Positions 29,862-38,640 of a stretch of 64,000 nucleotides of DNA are shown in pieces. The stretch lies in contig JBHLRZ010000019.1 in NCBI GenBank assembly GCA_048882045.1, positions 1-64,000 on the forward strand, in the 5' to 3' direction. Below the pieces are notes generated by a model. The model did no database searches and was not told the origin of the DNA. It worked only from the letters and a program-made list of their open reading frames with translations. The DNA is from Candidatus Thorarchaeota archaeon. GTDB taxonomy: Archaea > Asgardarchaeota > Thorarchaeia > Thorarchaeales > Thorarchaeaceae. Position 1 is the stretch's first letter; each line of letters opens with the position of its first letter. Position numbers and translations under genes: made by a program.

Positions 29862-31426
29862 AGCATGAGAATCTCGATGATACCAAGGTCCGACAGGCCA
29901 AATGGGATGAGCCCCTCCTTTTCGAAAGGTCCAATCCTGGCGTGATCGGTCACTCCTTTCCCTCTGCATCTGTGGAAGTCAGAAAAGTCGTTGGGAAACT
30001 CCGAGACGTCCTTCCGAGCTCCATGGTTCGAAAAACTCCTCCAAAGATACCTGAGGTAGCAGAACCTGGTATTGCACGTCACTTCACACGGTTATCCCAG
30101 ATGAACTTCGCAGTCAACCTGGGAACCTATCCCTTGGGCAGCTGCACCATGAAGTACAACCCAGCCGAGAACAACTGGGCAGCCAGCATTCCTGGTTTTG
30201 CATGGCTCCATCCATTACAGGACACCAGTACTACCCAAGGTGCCTTGGAGATGATGTGGGAACTTGAAACTTGGCTTGCTGAAATAACTGGAATGGACGC
30301 TATTTCTCTTCAGCCCGCAGCTGGAGCTCAGGGTGAGTGGACCGGCGTTATGATGATGCGTGAATATCACCGCTGCATCACTAAAGAGTGTGATCTACGA
30401 AATGAAATGTTGATTCCCGATGCAGCACATGGGACCAACCCTGCTTCAGCAGCTATGGCTGGTTATAAGGTCGTTGAGATACCATCAAGCGAAGAAGGAC
30501 TTGTGAACATTGAAGCCCTCAAGTCAGTCGCAGGCCCAAGAACTGCTGGTCTGATGCTGACCAATCCGAACACAATTGGGGTATTTGAGAAGGACATTGA
30601 GGAGATAACAGGAATCGTACATGACTCAGGAGGTCTTGTCTATTACGACGGGGCAAACTTCAACGCGATTATGGGCAAGGTCCGACCTGGTGACATGGGA
30701 TTTGATGTAGTCCATCTCAATTTGCACAAGTCATTTTCCACTCCTCACGGTGGTGGTGGACCTGGAGCAGGACCAGTGGGAGTCACGAAGAAGTTGGAAG
30801 AGTTTCTCCCTATTCCACGAGTGGTCAAGAAGGAAGATGGAACCTTCGACCTCGACGATGATTACCCGCGGTCAATTGGGAAGGTGAAGGCTTTCTACGG
30901 CAATTTTGGAGTCCTGATACGAGCTTATGCCTACATCTATGCATTAGGTTCTGAGGGCCTAGAAAGAGCTTCGGAGGTAGCAGTACTGAATGCAAACTAT
31001 ATTGCACACCACACGAGCAAGATTCGTGGTTTCTCACTACCTTATTCACAAGAAGCCCCACGAATGCATGAGTGTGTGATCTCAGCGAAAGAACTGAAGG
31101 ATACTACAGATGTCAGTGCAATGAACATCGCAAAGAGGCTTCTAGATTTTGGTGTCCACGCACCTACGGTCTACTTCCCTCTCATAGTTCCCGAAGCTCT
31201 AATGATCGAACCAACAGAAACTGAATCCCAACAAGAGCTTGATTACTTCGTTTCAGTTCTTGAGAAGATATCAGATGAAGCCCACGAAGATCCTGACAAG
31301 GTGAAGAACGCACCCTATTCCACATCTGTACGTCTTCTAGACGAGTACAGGTCAGCTCATCCCAAGACACTAACTCTATCATACAGGATGTATCTAGAAC
31401 ATCAGAGAGAGTCTGATGAAAAGTAA
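29858..31426 (+). CDS. gcvPB: Glycine dehydrogenase (decarboxylating) subunit 2
   Basis: PLGSCTMKYNP, HLNLHKSFSTPHGGGGPG PLP lysine. Confidence 0.97.
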   Translation: MKHENLDDTKVRQAKWDEPLLFERSNPGVIGHSFPSASVEVRKVVGKLRDVLPSSMVRKTPPKIPEVAEPGIARHFTRLSQMNFAVNLGTYPLGSCTMKYNPAENNWAASIPGFAWLHPLQDTSTTQGALEMMWELETWLAEITGMDAISLQPAAGAQGEWTGVMMMREYHRCITKECDLRNEMLIPDAAHGTNPASAAMAGYKVVEIPSSEEGLVNIEALKSVAGPRTAGLMLTNPNTIGVFEKDIEEITGIVHDSGGLVYYDGANFNAIMGKVRPGDMGFDVVHLNLHKSFSTPHGGGGPGAGPVGVTKKLEEFLPIPRVVKKEDGTFDLDDDYPRSIGKVKAFYGNFGVLIRAYAYIYALGSEGLERASEVAVLNANYIAHHTSKIRGFSLPYSQEAPRMHECVISAKELKDTTDVSAMNIAKRLLDFGVHAPTVYFPLIVPEALMIEPTETESQQELDYFVSVLEKISDEAHEDPDKVKNAPYSTSVRLLDEYRSAHPKTLTLSYRMYLEHQRESDEK

Positions 31427-31467
31427 GACCACCGAAAGGGTTACAGGTATGTAAAGTGAAGGTGTAG

Positions 31468-31839
31468 ATGATGATATTCGAGAAACAGGCTGGTCGTCAC
31501 ACTATCTATCTGGATGTGAAGGAGATAGGAAAGGATCTTCTGATTGCCATCTACGGTGGTGACGAACATCACATAGGCGGAGCCGCAGTGGCCTATCCAA
31601 CACCAAGTCACTATCGAGATGCTACTACAGTCAGTGTAAGCACAATGACATTGCCTGGTCACAAAGACTATGTCGTCGCAAACACTGCTGCTGAGAAGAT
31701 TTGCAAGGCTCTCGAAACTCCGACGATAGTCACGGTAGGTATCCATTATGCCAACGCAACAAAAGATGACATAGACCAGATAGTATCTGTTGTGGACGCG
31801 CTGGTTCAGGATGCCATTACGCACTATCAAAAGGCCTAA
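31468..31839 (+). CDS. LpdD-like small protein
   Basis: IYGGDEHHIGG...LPGHKD...VTVGIH pattern. Confidence 0.6.
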   Translation: MMIFEKQAGRHTIYLDVKEIGKDLLIAIYGGDEHHIGGAAVAYPTPSHYRDATTVSVSTMTLPGHKDYVVANTAAEKICKALETPTIVTVGIHYANATKDDIDQIVSVVDALVQDAITHYQKA

Positions 31840-31874
31840 GAGTCAACTCACAGTGGACATCAATGGTCAGTTAA

Positions 31875-32156
31875 TTGAGAGTCTTGTTCAAGTCATTTGG
31901 GCCGATTAGACGGCAACTGGGAAAGAAAATCTTTGAGATAGATGTGCCTGAAGGTTCCAGTGTACGTCAGGTGATTGACATAGTCATCGACAGGAATAAT
32001 GGAGATCTCAAAAAACTGATTATGGACAAGGACAAAATCAGCGGAAATCTGATTATCATTTTGAACAAAAGGGATGTAGAAACCCTGGGTGGAGTGGACA
32101 TAGGAGTGAGTGAGGGTGATGAGATTGCTATTCTCCCTCATGTGCAAGGTGGATAG
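31875..32156 (+). CDS. MoaD/ThiS/Urm1(SAMP) ubiquitin-like sulfur carrier
   Basis: Beta-grasp-sized ORF ending GDEIAILPHVQGG. Confidence 0.9.
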   Translation: MRVLFKSFGPIRRQLGKKIFEIDVPEGSSVRQVIDIVIDRNNGDLKKLIMDKDKISGNLIIILNKRDVETLGGVDIGVSEGDEIAILPHVQGG

Positions 32157-32167
32157 GTGGAAGCGAC

Positions 32168-33457
32168 ATGACACTTAGATTCTACCTTGAAACGTATGGG
32201 TGTTCCCTCAATACAGCAGATTCGGACATCATTGTGGGTCGACTTCAGGAACTAAAGGGAACTCGTGTTCATGATGTTGATGAAGCTGATTTGATCATCC
32301 TCAACTCCTGCGGTGTAAAAGAACCAACTGAGGATAGAATCATCCACAGGCTAGAGAAGTTATCCAAAGAGAGGTCTCCAGTCGTTGTAGCTGGGTGCCT
32401 TCCAAGAATCTCTCTAGCTAGAATTGAACGCGCTATCCCAAACTATGCTGCAATATTGGGCCCTCAGTCCATAGAGTCACTAGCAGCGGTTGTCCATCGA
32501 GTCCTTGGTGGCGAACGTGGGATTCAACACCTTGAAACAGATGAGGTATCCAAACTAAAATGGTTTGAAGGCCCTCCAGACAGTGTCATATGTACCGTCC
32601 CCATCTGTGAGGGGTGTCTTGGTAGTTGTGCCTATTGTGCTGTGAGGTTTGCTCGAGGGCAAGTGAGGAGTCATCCTATATCTGACCTCCACCGTGTGAT
32701 CGAACGATGTATACATCTCGGATACAAGGAGATCCGACTGACATCTCAGGATGCGGCTGTCTATGGTTCTGATACAAATGATACATTGTCAAATTTGCTT
32801 TATGATGTTGGTACGATTGCGGGAACGCATAAGTTCAGACTGGGCATGTTCAATCCCAACCTTGTGCTCGACTCGATAGATGACATTCTAAAAGCCATGG
32901 ACAATCCTCATTTCTTCAAGTTCTTTCACATCCCCCTCCAGACGGGAAGTGACTCTGTTCTTAGAGCAATGAACCGTCAGTATACAGTTGCTGAGTGGGA
33001 GCATGTTGTAAATAGAATCCGAGAACGAATCCATGAAGCAACAATTGCTACGGACATCATTGTTGGTTTTCCTGGAGAGGACGATGCAGATTTTGAACAG
33101 ACAATGGATGTCATCCGGAGGATTCGTCCTTCTGTAGTCAACATCTCGAAATATGGTGACAGACCAGGAACTTTCGCATCACGGTCTGAGGAAAAGGTCA
33201 ATACTGATACAAAGAAGAACAGAAGCAGAGCTCTCACGACACTTGTCAACAAAATCCTAAGAGAAACCAATGAATCGTGGGTCGGATGGTCAGGTCCTAT
33301 CATTCTGACCGAGAAAGGATCAAAGGGTGGACTTGTTGGGAGGAACGAGTCATACAAGACCGTGATAATATATGATGAACTGGACTTGGGCTCTATTGCG
33401 GAGGTCAAGATAGTTTCTGCAGAACGGACTCATCTGAATGGTGAGATCAAGCCCTAG
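32168..33457 (+). CDS. mtaB: tRNA t6A37 methylthiotransferase (archaeal/eukaryotic MtaB type)
   Basis: ETYGCSLN, NSCGVK, AGCL, CLGSCAYC radical-SAM motif, DIIVGFPGE, C-terminal TRAM. Confidence 0.9.
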   Translation: MTLRFYLETYGCSLNTADSDIIVGRLQELKGTRVHDVDEADLIILNSCGVKEPTEDRIIHRLEKLSKERSPVVVAGCLPRISLARIERAIPNYAAILGPQSIESLAAVVHRVLGGERGIQHLETDEVSKLKWFEGPPDSVICTVPICEGCLGSCAYCAVRFARGQVRSHPISDLHRVIERCIHLGYKEIRLTSQDAAVYGSDTNDTLSNLLYDVGTIAGTHKFRLGMFNPNLVLDSIDDILKAMDNPHFFKFFHIPLQTGSDSVLRAMNRQYTVAEWEHVVNRIRERIHEATIATDIIVGFPGEDDADFEQTMDVIRRIRPSVVNISKYGDRPGTFASRSEEKVNTDTKKNRSRALTTLVNKILRETNESWVGWSGPIILTEKGSKGGLVGRNESYKTVIIYDELDLGSIAEVKIVSAERTHLNGEIKP

Positions 33458-34451
33458 GATTTACATCTATGTCGATAACCTTCCCAGATTCCGCACTCTC
33501 ACGTGCAGCCTCAACAATCTGCAGTGCACAGAGGGCATCATCAACACTCACCTTTGGTGTTTCACCAGTCTTGATACATCGCAAGAAGTCATTGAGTACC
33601 TCTCTGACTGGTTCGCCATAGACCTTGATTGTCGCACCCATCTCAGGAAGACTGATTGTGTCACTCTTCGCCAATGGTGCTTGGTTAAGGTGCTGGACCT
33701 TGATTATTTGACCAAAGAGATCCAATACCAGTGTGCCCTTTGTTCCTGATACATCCATGTACCTTCTTCGGCCAACATATTGTCTTGAAAGATGGAAGAA
33801 GTGTTCGGTTCCCCTGTTGAACTTCACCATTACGGTTCCACTGTTGTGGATGCCTCCTGATGTGTTACTCTGAGCATAGAGTGTTGCAGGACCTTGGCTG
33901 ATTCTAGCCATGATGTCAAAATCATGAACTCCAATGTCCTCGAAAACATCTCCCAGTGATGGAATTCTCTCTGGCGAAACGAAACCCCTCCTATCATGGA
34001 TGACCGTCAGTGGTTTGCCAATTGCATCTGTTCCAATGAGAGATAGTGCCCTACTCACGATGGGATTATAGATCTCAGAGTGAGAAACCAGTGTAACAAT
34101 GTTCTTCTCTTTGACAATCTTGGCTACCTTTTCGCCATCTTTGAGTGTGCTTGCAAGAGGTTTCTCAATCAACAGTCCACGAATGTCATCATACCTGGTT
34201 GCTACAGCTTCTGCAATCTTAGCGTGAGTTGATGTTGGTGTCGCAATGACAATTCCCTCTGGTTTTGTTTCCTCAATCATACTTTCGAAATCGCTGAATG
34301 CCTTTACCTTATAGGTGTCTGCTACATCATCCGCACAGGTTCTATCTAAATCTGTAACACCGACTAAGGCTCCCATGTCTGCGAGAATCCTTGCATGGAT
34401 TCTACCCATATTGCCGGTTCCCACGATTCCAATCCTTCGAGATGACGTCGT
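33447..34451 (-). CDS. Gfo/Idh/MocA family oxidoreductase
   Basis: RIGIVGTGNMG Rossmann motif, IATPTSTH, EKP, DIGVHDFD; start inferred at ACG 34451. Confidence 0.88.
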   Translation of the reverse strand, partial: TTSSRRIGIVGTGNMGRIHARILADMGALVGVTDLDRTCADDVADTYKVKAFSDFESMIEETKPEGIVIATPTSTHAKIAEAVATRYDDIRGLLIEKPLASTLKDGEKVAKIVKEKNIVTLVSHSEIYNPIVSRALSLIGTDAIGKPLTVIHDRRGFVSPERIPSLGDVFEDIGVHDFDIMARISQGPATLYAQSNTSGGIHNSGTVMVKFNRGTEHFFHLSRQYVGRRRYMDVSGTKGTLVLDLFGQIIKVQHLNQAPLAKSDTISLPEMGATIKVYGEPVREVLNDFLRCIKTGETPKVSVDDALCALQIVEAARESAESGKVIDIDVNPRA

Positions 34452-34514
34452 AAATCACTCCTTGGAGTTCCAGACTGGTCGCGTAGTCTTTGACCTTTAT
34501 ACGTTGCCATCGTT

Positions 34515-34785
34515 CCAGGACTGTCTAAGAAATGCTATGGTTTGTCATTTTATCAGTAAGGAATCGACACTCATCGTCCTTACGGTCTTATATTGAGTCT
34601 AGCGGATTGAAGTATGAATCCAAGATTCAACACATCTTCAGGGACTCGCCACCTAGAATGCCTCTCTTGGATCACAATGTCAGCACGCCGAGTCCCCTCA
34701 TGCTTCAGAAGACAACTCCCTCCCACGGACCCACCCGCGCAATTGGTGCGACTTTGCCTCATCGTACCTGGGTGGGTCCAATTTA
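34515..34785. ncRNA. Candidate structured ncRNA (~270 nt), possibly box C/D or K-turn containing
   Basis: Intergenic; 10-bp GGACCCACCC/GGGTGGGTCC stem, 8-bp GGGACTCG/CGAGTCCC stem and others; minus strand has 2x ACGATGA and 4x CTGA. Confidence 0.55.
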
Positions 34786-34798
34786 GACTTAGTTTTCG

Positions 34799-35314
34799 TT
34801 ATTCGCAGTTCCAATCTGTAATGTTGTAAATGAACCGAATCTGGAGGTATAGTGGATCACTTATTTTGACAATGTGGTATGGGTATGTCATGACTGTAAG
34901 TACTCCACAGTTCTCGCCTGGATGTATCTCGTCAACGTAGACACTGTAGTATGTGATGGTTCTGGTGATTCTTGTTATATATGTAAAATATCCACTCGAA
35001 CTACATTCACCTTGAAACACTGCAATAAGCATCTCTGAGGAGAAGTCGACAGTTGGAACATCGGGAACGGGAAAATGTCCACTATACAGTTCTAACCATA
35101 GGTCCTCCCATGTCTGTGCATCTCTAATTGCAAAGTTATCTCTGTCTTCATACCCATAACCTCCACCCGGATCGACCGTTTCAAACGACACTTCGGCGCT
35201 AGGAAAAATCCCTAGGCTAGGTTCTACCAATAGCAAGAAGGAGGCTACCAATACAACACAAATCACGAATCCTGAAAGGACTCTAGGTGAAGCTTTCACG
35301 AATACAATCCCCAC
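34799..35314 (-). CDS. Secreted/anchored PrcB C-terminal domain protein
   Basis: N-terminal TM; VDFSSEMLIAVFQGECSSSGY...TYPYHIVKI. Confidence 0.75.
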   Translation of the reverse strand: MGIVFVKASPRVLSGFVICVVLVASFLLLVEPSLGIFPSAEVSFETVDPGGGYGYEDRDNFAIRDAQTWEDLWLELYSGHFPVPDVPTVDFSSEMLIAVFQGECSSSGYFTYITRITRTITYYSVYVDEIHPGENCGVLTVMTYPYHIVKISDPLYLQIRFIYNITDWNCE

Positions 35315-35444
35315 ATCGACATCAAGTATGAGCTCTGAAGCATATAGAACTGATGATTTCAGAATAAAGTCGGCCCAAACTTAGAGTACCGCACCCTAAT
35401 CCTTATACATCTGTACTCTAACCGCCTTGATAATCAGAAAGTGA

Positions 35445-36200
35445 TTGACCTTGGATATCATTTTATTGGCGTTGACTGCAATCATTGGATTGGCTTCTGG
35501 TTTGGCAGGCGGCCTCTTTGGAATAGGCGGAGGGTCTATTAGAATACCTCTCCTCAACTCCCTAGGATACAGTTTGATCGCAGCATTTGGAATGAATCTC
35601 ATTACTATCCCCATATCGAGTTTTGTTGGGGCAGTATCCCAGAAGCACAACATCGACCTCCGTGTTGGAGGCTATATGATTCTTGGCGGAGCATTCGGAA
35701 CAATGGTTGGGACACTGATAGCCTTCGATTTCGCTGTATATGCACTCCTTCTGGCTATCATTTTCTTCTTTGTTTCAGTGATATCGGTGATCATGATGAA
35801 TTTACATAATTTCGCTCCAGAGATGTCAGAGAACCTCTCTCCATCTTCTCAGAATCTAGTTTCTGGTACACTTTTCTTCAATATACTTACAGGAATGAGA
35901 GGAGGCAGTGAAGGATCGTTGTTTGTACCTTTGCAGAGACTCCTCAACGTTGAAATGCACAAAGCGATAGCAACCGCTCTATTTGCAGCAATATTCACTT
36001 CTACAGTTGGAATCATTCTCTATTGGAGCTATGGTCAGCTACTACTGTTACCTGGCTTCGTTGTACTTATTGGATCCGTCGTTGGTTCTCGGATAGGAAG
36101 TCATTTCTCTCTCGAAACACAGTCAAAGTGGCTAGAAGTAGGCTTAACGGCAATTATTCTGGTACTTTCAGGAATTCCATTATTAGGTGTGCTTAATTAG
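35445..36200 (+). CDS. TSUP/TauE family transporter
   Basis: GLFGIGGGSI and second repeat GMRGGSEG...KAIATA; multiple TM helices. Confidence 0.85.
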   Translation: MTLDIILLALTAIIGLASGLAGGLFGIGGGSIRIPLLNSLGYSLIAAFGMNLITIPISSFVGAVSQKHNIDLRVGGYMILGGAFGTMVGTLIAFDFAVYALLLAIIFFFVSVISVIMMNLHNFAPEMSENLSPSSQNLVSGTLFFNILTGMRGGSEGSLFVPLQRLLNVEMHKAIATALFAAIFTSTVGIILYWSYGQLLLLPGFVVLIGSVVGSRIGSHFSLETQSKWLEVGLTAIILVLSGIPLLGVLN

Positions 36201-36303
36201 TCGATAGGTTTGGAAAGTTACTGTTCCGTTGTACTGTCTTCCACAATGTAATTGCGCATTATTCATATCCATCTCAGAGGTTGATTTTCTATCGGGGAAC
36301 CTG

Positions 36304-36783
36304 ATGAAGAAATCAGACGTCATCTTTGAAAAAGCCCAGATTCTTGATCTTGATGAAATCCTCTCTCTTGTTAATATAACGAATAAAGAGTGGTATAGCA
36401 AAATCATACCAAAAGAACACTATCAGGAACCTTTCCTGACAAAAGAGCAACTTGACAACATGTCTACCTTTATGGACTTCTTTGTGCACAGAGTAGATGG
36501 AGAAATCGTCGCTGTTGGATCTTTTTCAATTAGAGATGAAGAGATTGCATGGATCCCGTTAATGACTGTGAGGTCAGATTTTCAAAGACGTGGAATCGGA
36601 TCTGAGTTGATGTTGTATTTGGAAAATCTGGCAAAAGAACAGGGATTTTCTAATATACAATTAGAAACTGATAGTATGGCAGATTGGGCTTTGAACTTCT
36701 ACACAAAACATGGCTACTCTGTTTTCAAGAAGGAGAAAAATCCATGGGGCCATCATGTTTGGCTTGAGAAGCCTCTGAAATAA
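36304..36783 (+). CDS. GNAT N-acetyltransferase
   Basis: VRSDFQRRGIGSELM acetyl-CoA motif, ALNFYTKHGY. Confidence 0.9.
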   Translation: MKKSDVIFEKAQILDLDEILSLVNITNKEWYSKIIPKEHYQEPFLTKEQLDNMSTFMDFFVHRVDGEIVAVGSFSIRDEEIAWIPLMTVRSDFQRRGIGSELMLYLENLAKEQGFSNIQLETDSMADWALNFYTKHGYSVFKKEKNPWGHHVWLEKPLK

Positions 36784-36835
36784 AAAAAATGCTGAGAACG
36801 AGATTAATATCAGACATCACAGAGAGGGTGGAACT

Positions 36836-37171
36836 ATGATCGTTGGACCATATCCAGATTGTATAAAGGCGCTTCCAAAGGCAAAGATGCCATTTGATGG
36901 AGTCCAAGCATGGATTGCTCAAGGTGTCGAGTTTCAGGTCGGCTTTTTTGAGATTGAGCCAATTGGAGTTGTTTCACCCCACAGTCATAGTGCACAATAT
37001 GGTTTTGTCATTGAGGGTGAGATGCTACTGACCATCGGTGATGATACAAAACTCTACAAGAGAGGGGACTCCTACTACATTCCTGAAGGTGTTGTTCATT
37101 CAGCTGAGTTCAAGACCTTCTGTAGGGTGATGGATTTCTTTGCTGAGCCATCAAGGTATGAAACTGAATAA
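36836..37171 (+). CDS. Cupin domain protein
   Basis: PHSH...Q...EG, GDSYYIPEGVVHS. Confidence 0.88.
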   Translation: MIVGPYPDCIKALPKAKMPFDGVQAWIAQGVEFQVGFFEIEPIGVVSPHSHSAQYGFVIEGEMLLTIGDDTKLYKRGDSYYIPEGVVHSAEFKTFCRVMDFFAEPSRYETE

Positions 37172-37200
37172 ACCGCCCAACTTTTTTTCAATGAAGAAGA

Positions 37201-37318
37201 TGGTGCGGAGGGCGAGATTTGAATTTGCGCTCCGAGTCGAATTGGCTCGGGGGCTCGCGAACTCCTACGAGACTAGGCCCTCAACCTAGCGCCTTTAACC
37301 TGGCTGGGCAACCTCCGC
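37201..37318 (-). tRNA. tRNA-Leu(GAG) with 30-nt intron at position 53/54 (37224-37253)
   Basis: Removing CCCCCGAGCCAATTCGACTCGGAGCGCAAA restores a canonical long-variable-arm tRNA-Leu with GCGAG-TTCAAAT-CTCGC T arm and CCA. Confidence 0.9.
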
Positions 37319-37406
37319 ATGTAAGAGTCCATCTCATGAGGGCTATTTTCAGTCCTCATGGATACCTGTGATAAGGATTTCTATACGATTAGAACAGAAG
37401 GAGTAA

Positions 37407-37530
37407 GGAACAGAGGATGTCACTCCGCGTGACTGTCCAATCTGTTCAAGTTTCGAACTACCTCGCTTACCTAGTAGTTCCAGCCAGCCATTCAAATAGA
37501 CCTGGCTTTGAAGCCCTAATGGGGGCTTTC
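37407..37530 (+). ncRNA. Candidate four-hairpin small RNA (~125 nt)
   Basis: Four tandem stems; G-U pairs favour the + strand; TATA-like TTTCTATA ~25 nt upstream; long T-rich tract downstream. Confidence 0.55.
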
Positions 37531-37623
37531 TTTGATTTCTTGTGATCTTTCATTTTCTTTTCACCTTATTCTTCAGATTTTCATCTAATTTGCTTAAAAC
37601 TATGGGAACCTGCACAAGAAAAA

Positions 37624-37719
37624 TGGAGTTCCGGGCGGGATTCGAAATCGTGAGTCATGGTATAGATGTCCATGAGGTCCCGCGACCACCAGCCTACAAA
37701 GCTGACGCGATAACCTTTA
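37624..37719 (-). pseudogene. Degenerate tRNA-Thr remnant (TGT), lacking 5' acceptor strand, with 32-nt intron-like insert at 53/54
   Basis: Direct repeat of most of tRNA-Thr 39184-39259 with ~6 substitutions plus insert 37647-37678. Confidence 0.85.
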
Positions 37720-37767
37720 TGGTCTTATCCAATTCCTTATCTATAAATCAACAAGAAATTAACAATC

Positions 37768-38625
37768 ATGAATTCCATTGAGTTGTCAAGAGATACGCTA
37801 GTACGGATTACAGTCTTTGTTTTGATCTACACATCATTTGGACTGCTTATTCCAATTCAGGGATATCTTTCCCTGAGTTTTGCTGTTGGAATGGTAATCA
37901 CCGCTGTTCTCTATGCCTTTGCTTTGTACTACATGAATACGAAAATTCCTTTGGGAAGAAAGTTTCGGATATTGATAACATGGATTGCTGTTTATGTTAT
38001 CCAGATGCTTAATCCAGTTCTAGAAGGCATCTTTTTCACAACCCAATTTGAAGGGCAACCAGAGTTAGCATTCGGCGCTGTTGTCTTTGGACTGGTTCTT
38101 ACACTACCAACAGCACTAGTAGCAGGAGTTCTGTTCAACCCAGAAGGAACAATCTCAAGCTTTGGCCAACTCAGAAAGGAATACTTGGGAAACTGGACCC
38201 CCTCACAGTTTGTTGTACGATTCATCATTGCGTCTATGCTTTGGTTAGTCATTTACTATACAATTGGAACCATAATTGCACCCTTAGTACTTCCGTACTA
38301 CACTGGTGGCAGCGTGGGTTACGACTTGGCCCTCCCTGCGGTCGAGATTGTAATCATACTTCAGACAGTTCGAGGATTCATCTATGTCACTAGTGTTCTC
38401 CCGATTGTAATATCAGTGAAGCTAGACAGGAAGTCACTAGCAATCATACTAGTTGCACTTCTTTACATTGCAGGTGCTTTGGCTGTCTTTGTCATATCTG
38501 ACCAATTTCCAGTCTTCTTGCGAATTGTTCATGGGATTGAATTGTTTGTTGATTCATTAATTGCAGGTGTCGTGATCGCCTTTCTTTTAGGAAAACCAGA
38601 AGAATTACTTCCTAGCCCAGAGTGA
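37768..38625 (+). CDS. Polytopic membrane protein, unknown function
   Basis: 285-aa ORF with about 8 hydrophobic segments, two-fold internal repeat appearance. Confidence 0.75.
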   Translation: MNSIELSRDTLVRITVFVLIYTSFGLLIPIQGYLSLSFAVGMVITAVLYAFALYYMNTKIPLGRKFRILITWIAVYVIQMLNPVLEGIFFTTQFEGQPELAFGAVVFGLVLTLPTALVAGVLFNPEGTISSFGQLRKEYLGNWTPSQFVVRFIIASMLWLVIYYTIGTIIAPLVLPYYTGGSVGYDLALPAVEIVIILQTVRGFIYVTSVLPIVISVKLDRKSLAIILVALLYIAGALAVFVISDQFPVFLRIVHGIELFVDSLIAGVVIAFLLGKPEELLPSPE

Positions 38626-38640
38626 GTTGAGGTCGTTTTC

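Noticed and set aside
34440-34460. Selenocysteine read-through of the in-frame TGA upstream of the oxidoreductase
   Set aside because: The TGA is part of the SD-like GGAGTGA, and no homologous Cys position or upstream domain is apparent.
34515-34790. RNase P RNA or SRP RNA as the identity of the structured region
   Set aside because: No convincing P4 (GAGGAAAGUCC...GCUUA) pairing and no SRP helix 8 motif on either strand.
37455-37480. CUUACCU in a hairpin loop, identical to part of the U1 snRNA 5' end
   Set aside because: Only a 7-mer, internal rather than 5'-terminal, with no other U1 features; likely chance.
37624-37719. Functional or split tRNA-Thr(TGT)
   Set aside because: The 5' acceptor strand is absent, the 3' acceptor strand is mutated, and no complementary 5' piece is seen in the window; kept as a pseudogene.
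37542-37781. 79-aa ORF on the + strand
   Set aside because: It runs across a T-rich terminator-like tract and the tRNA-Thr remnant; not credible as a protein.
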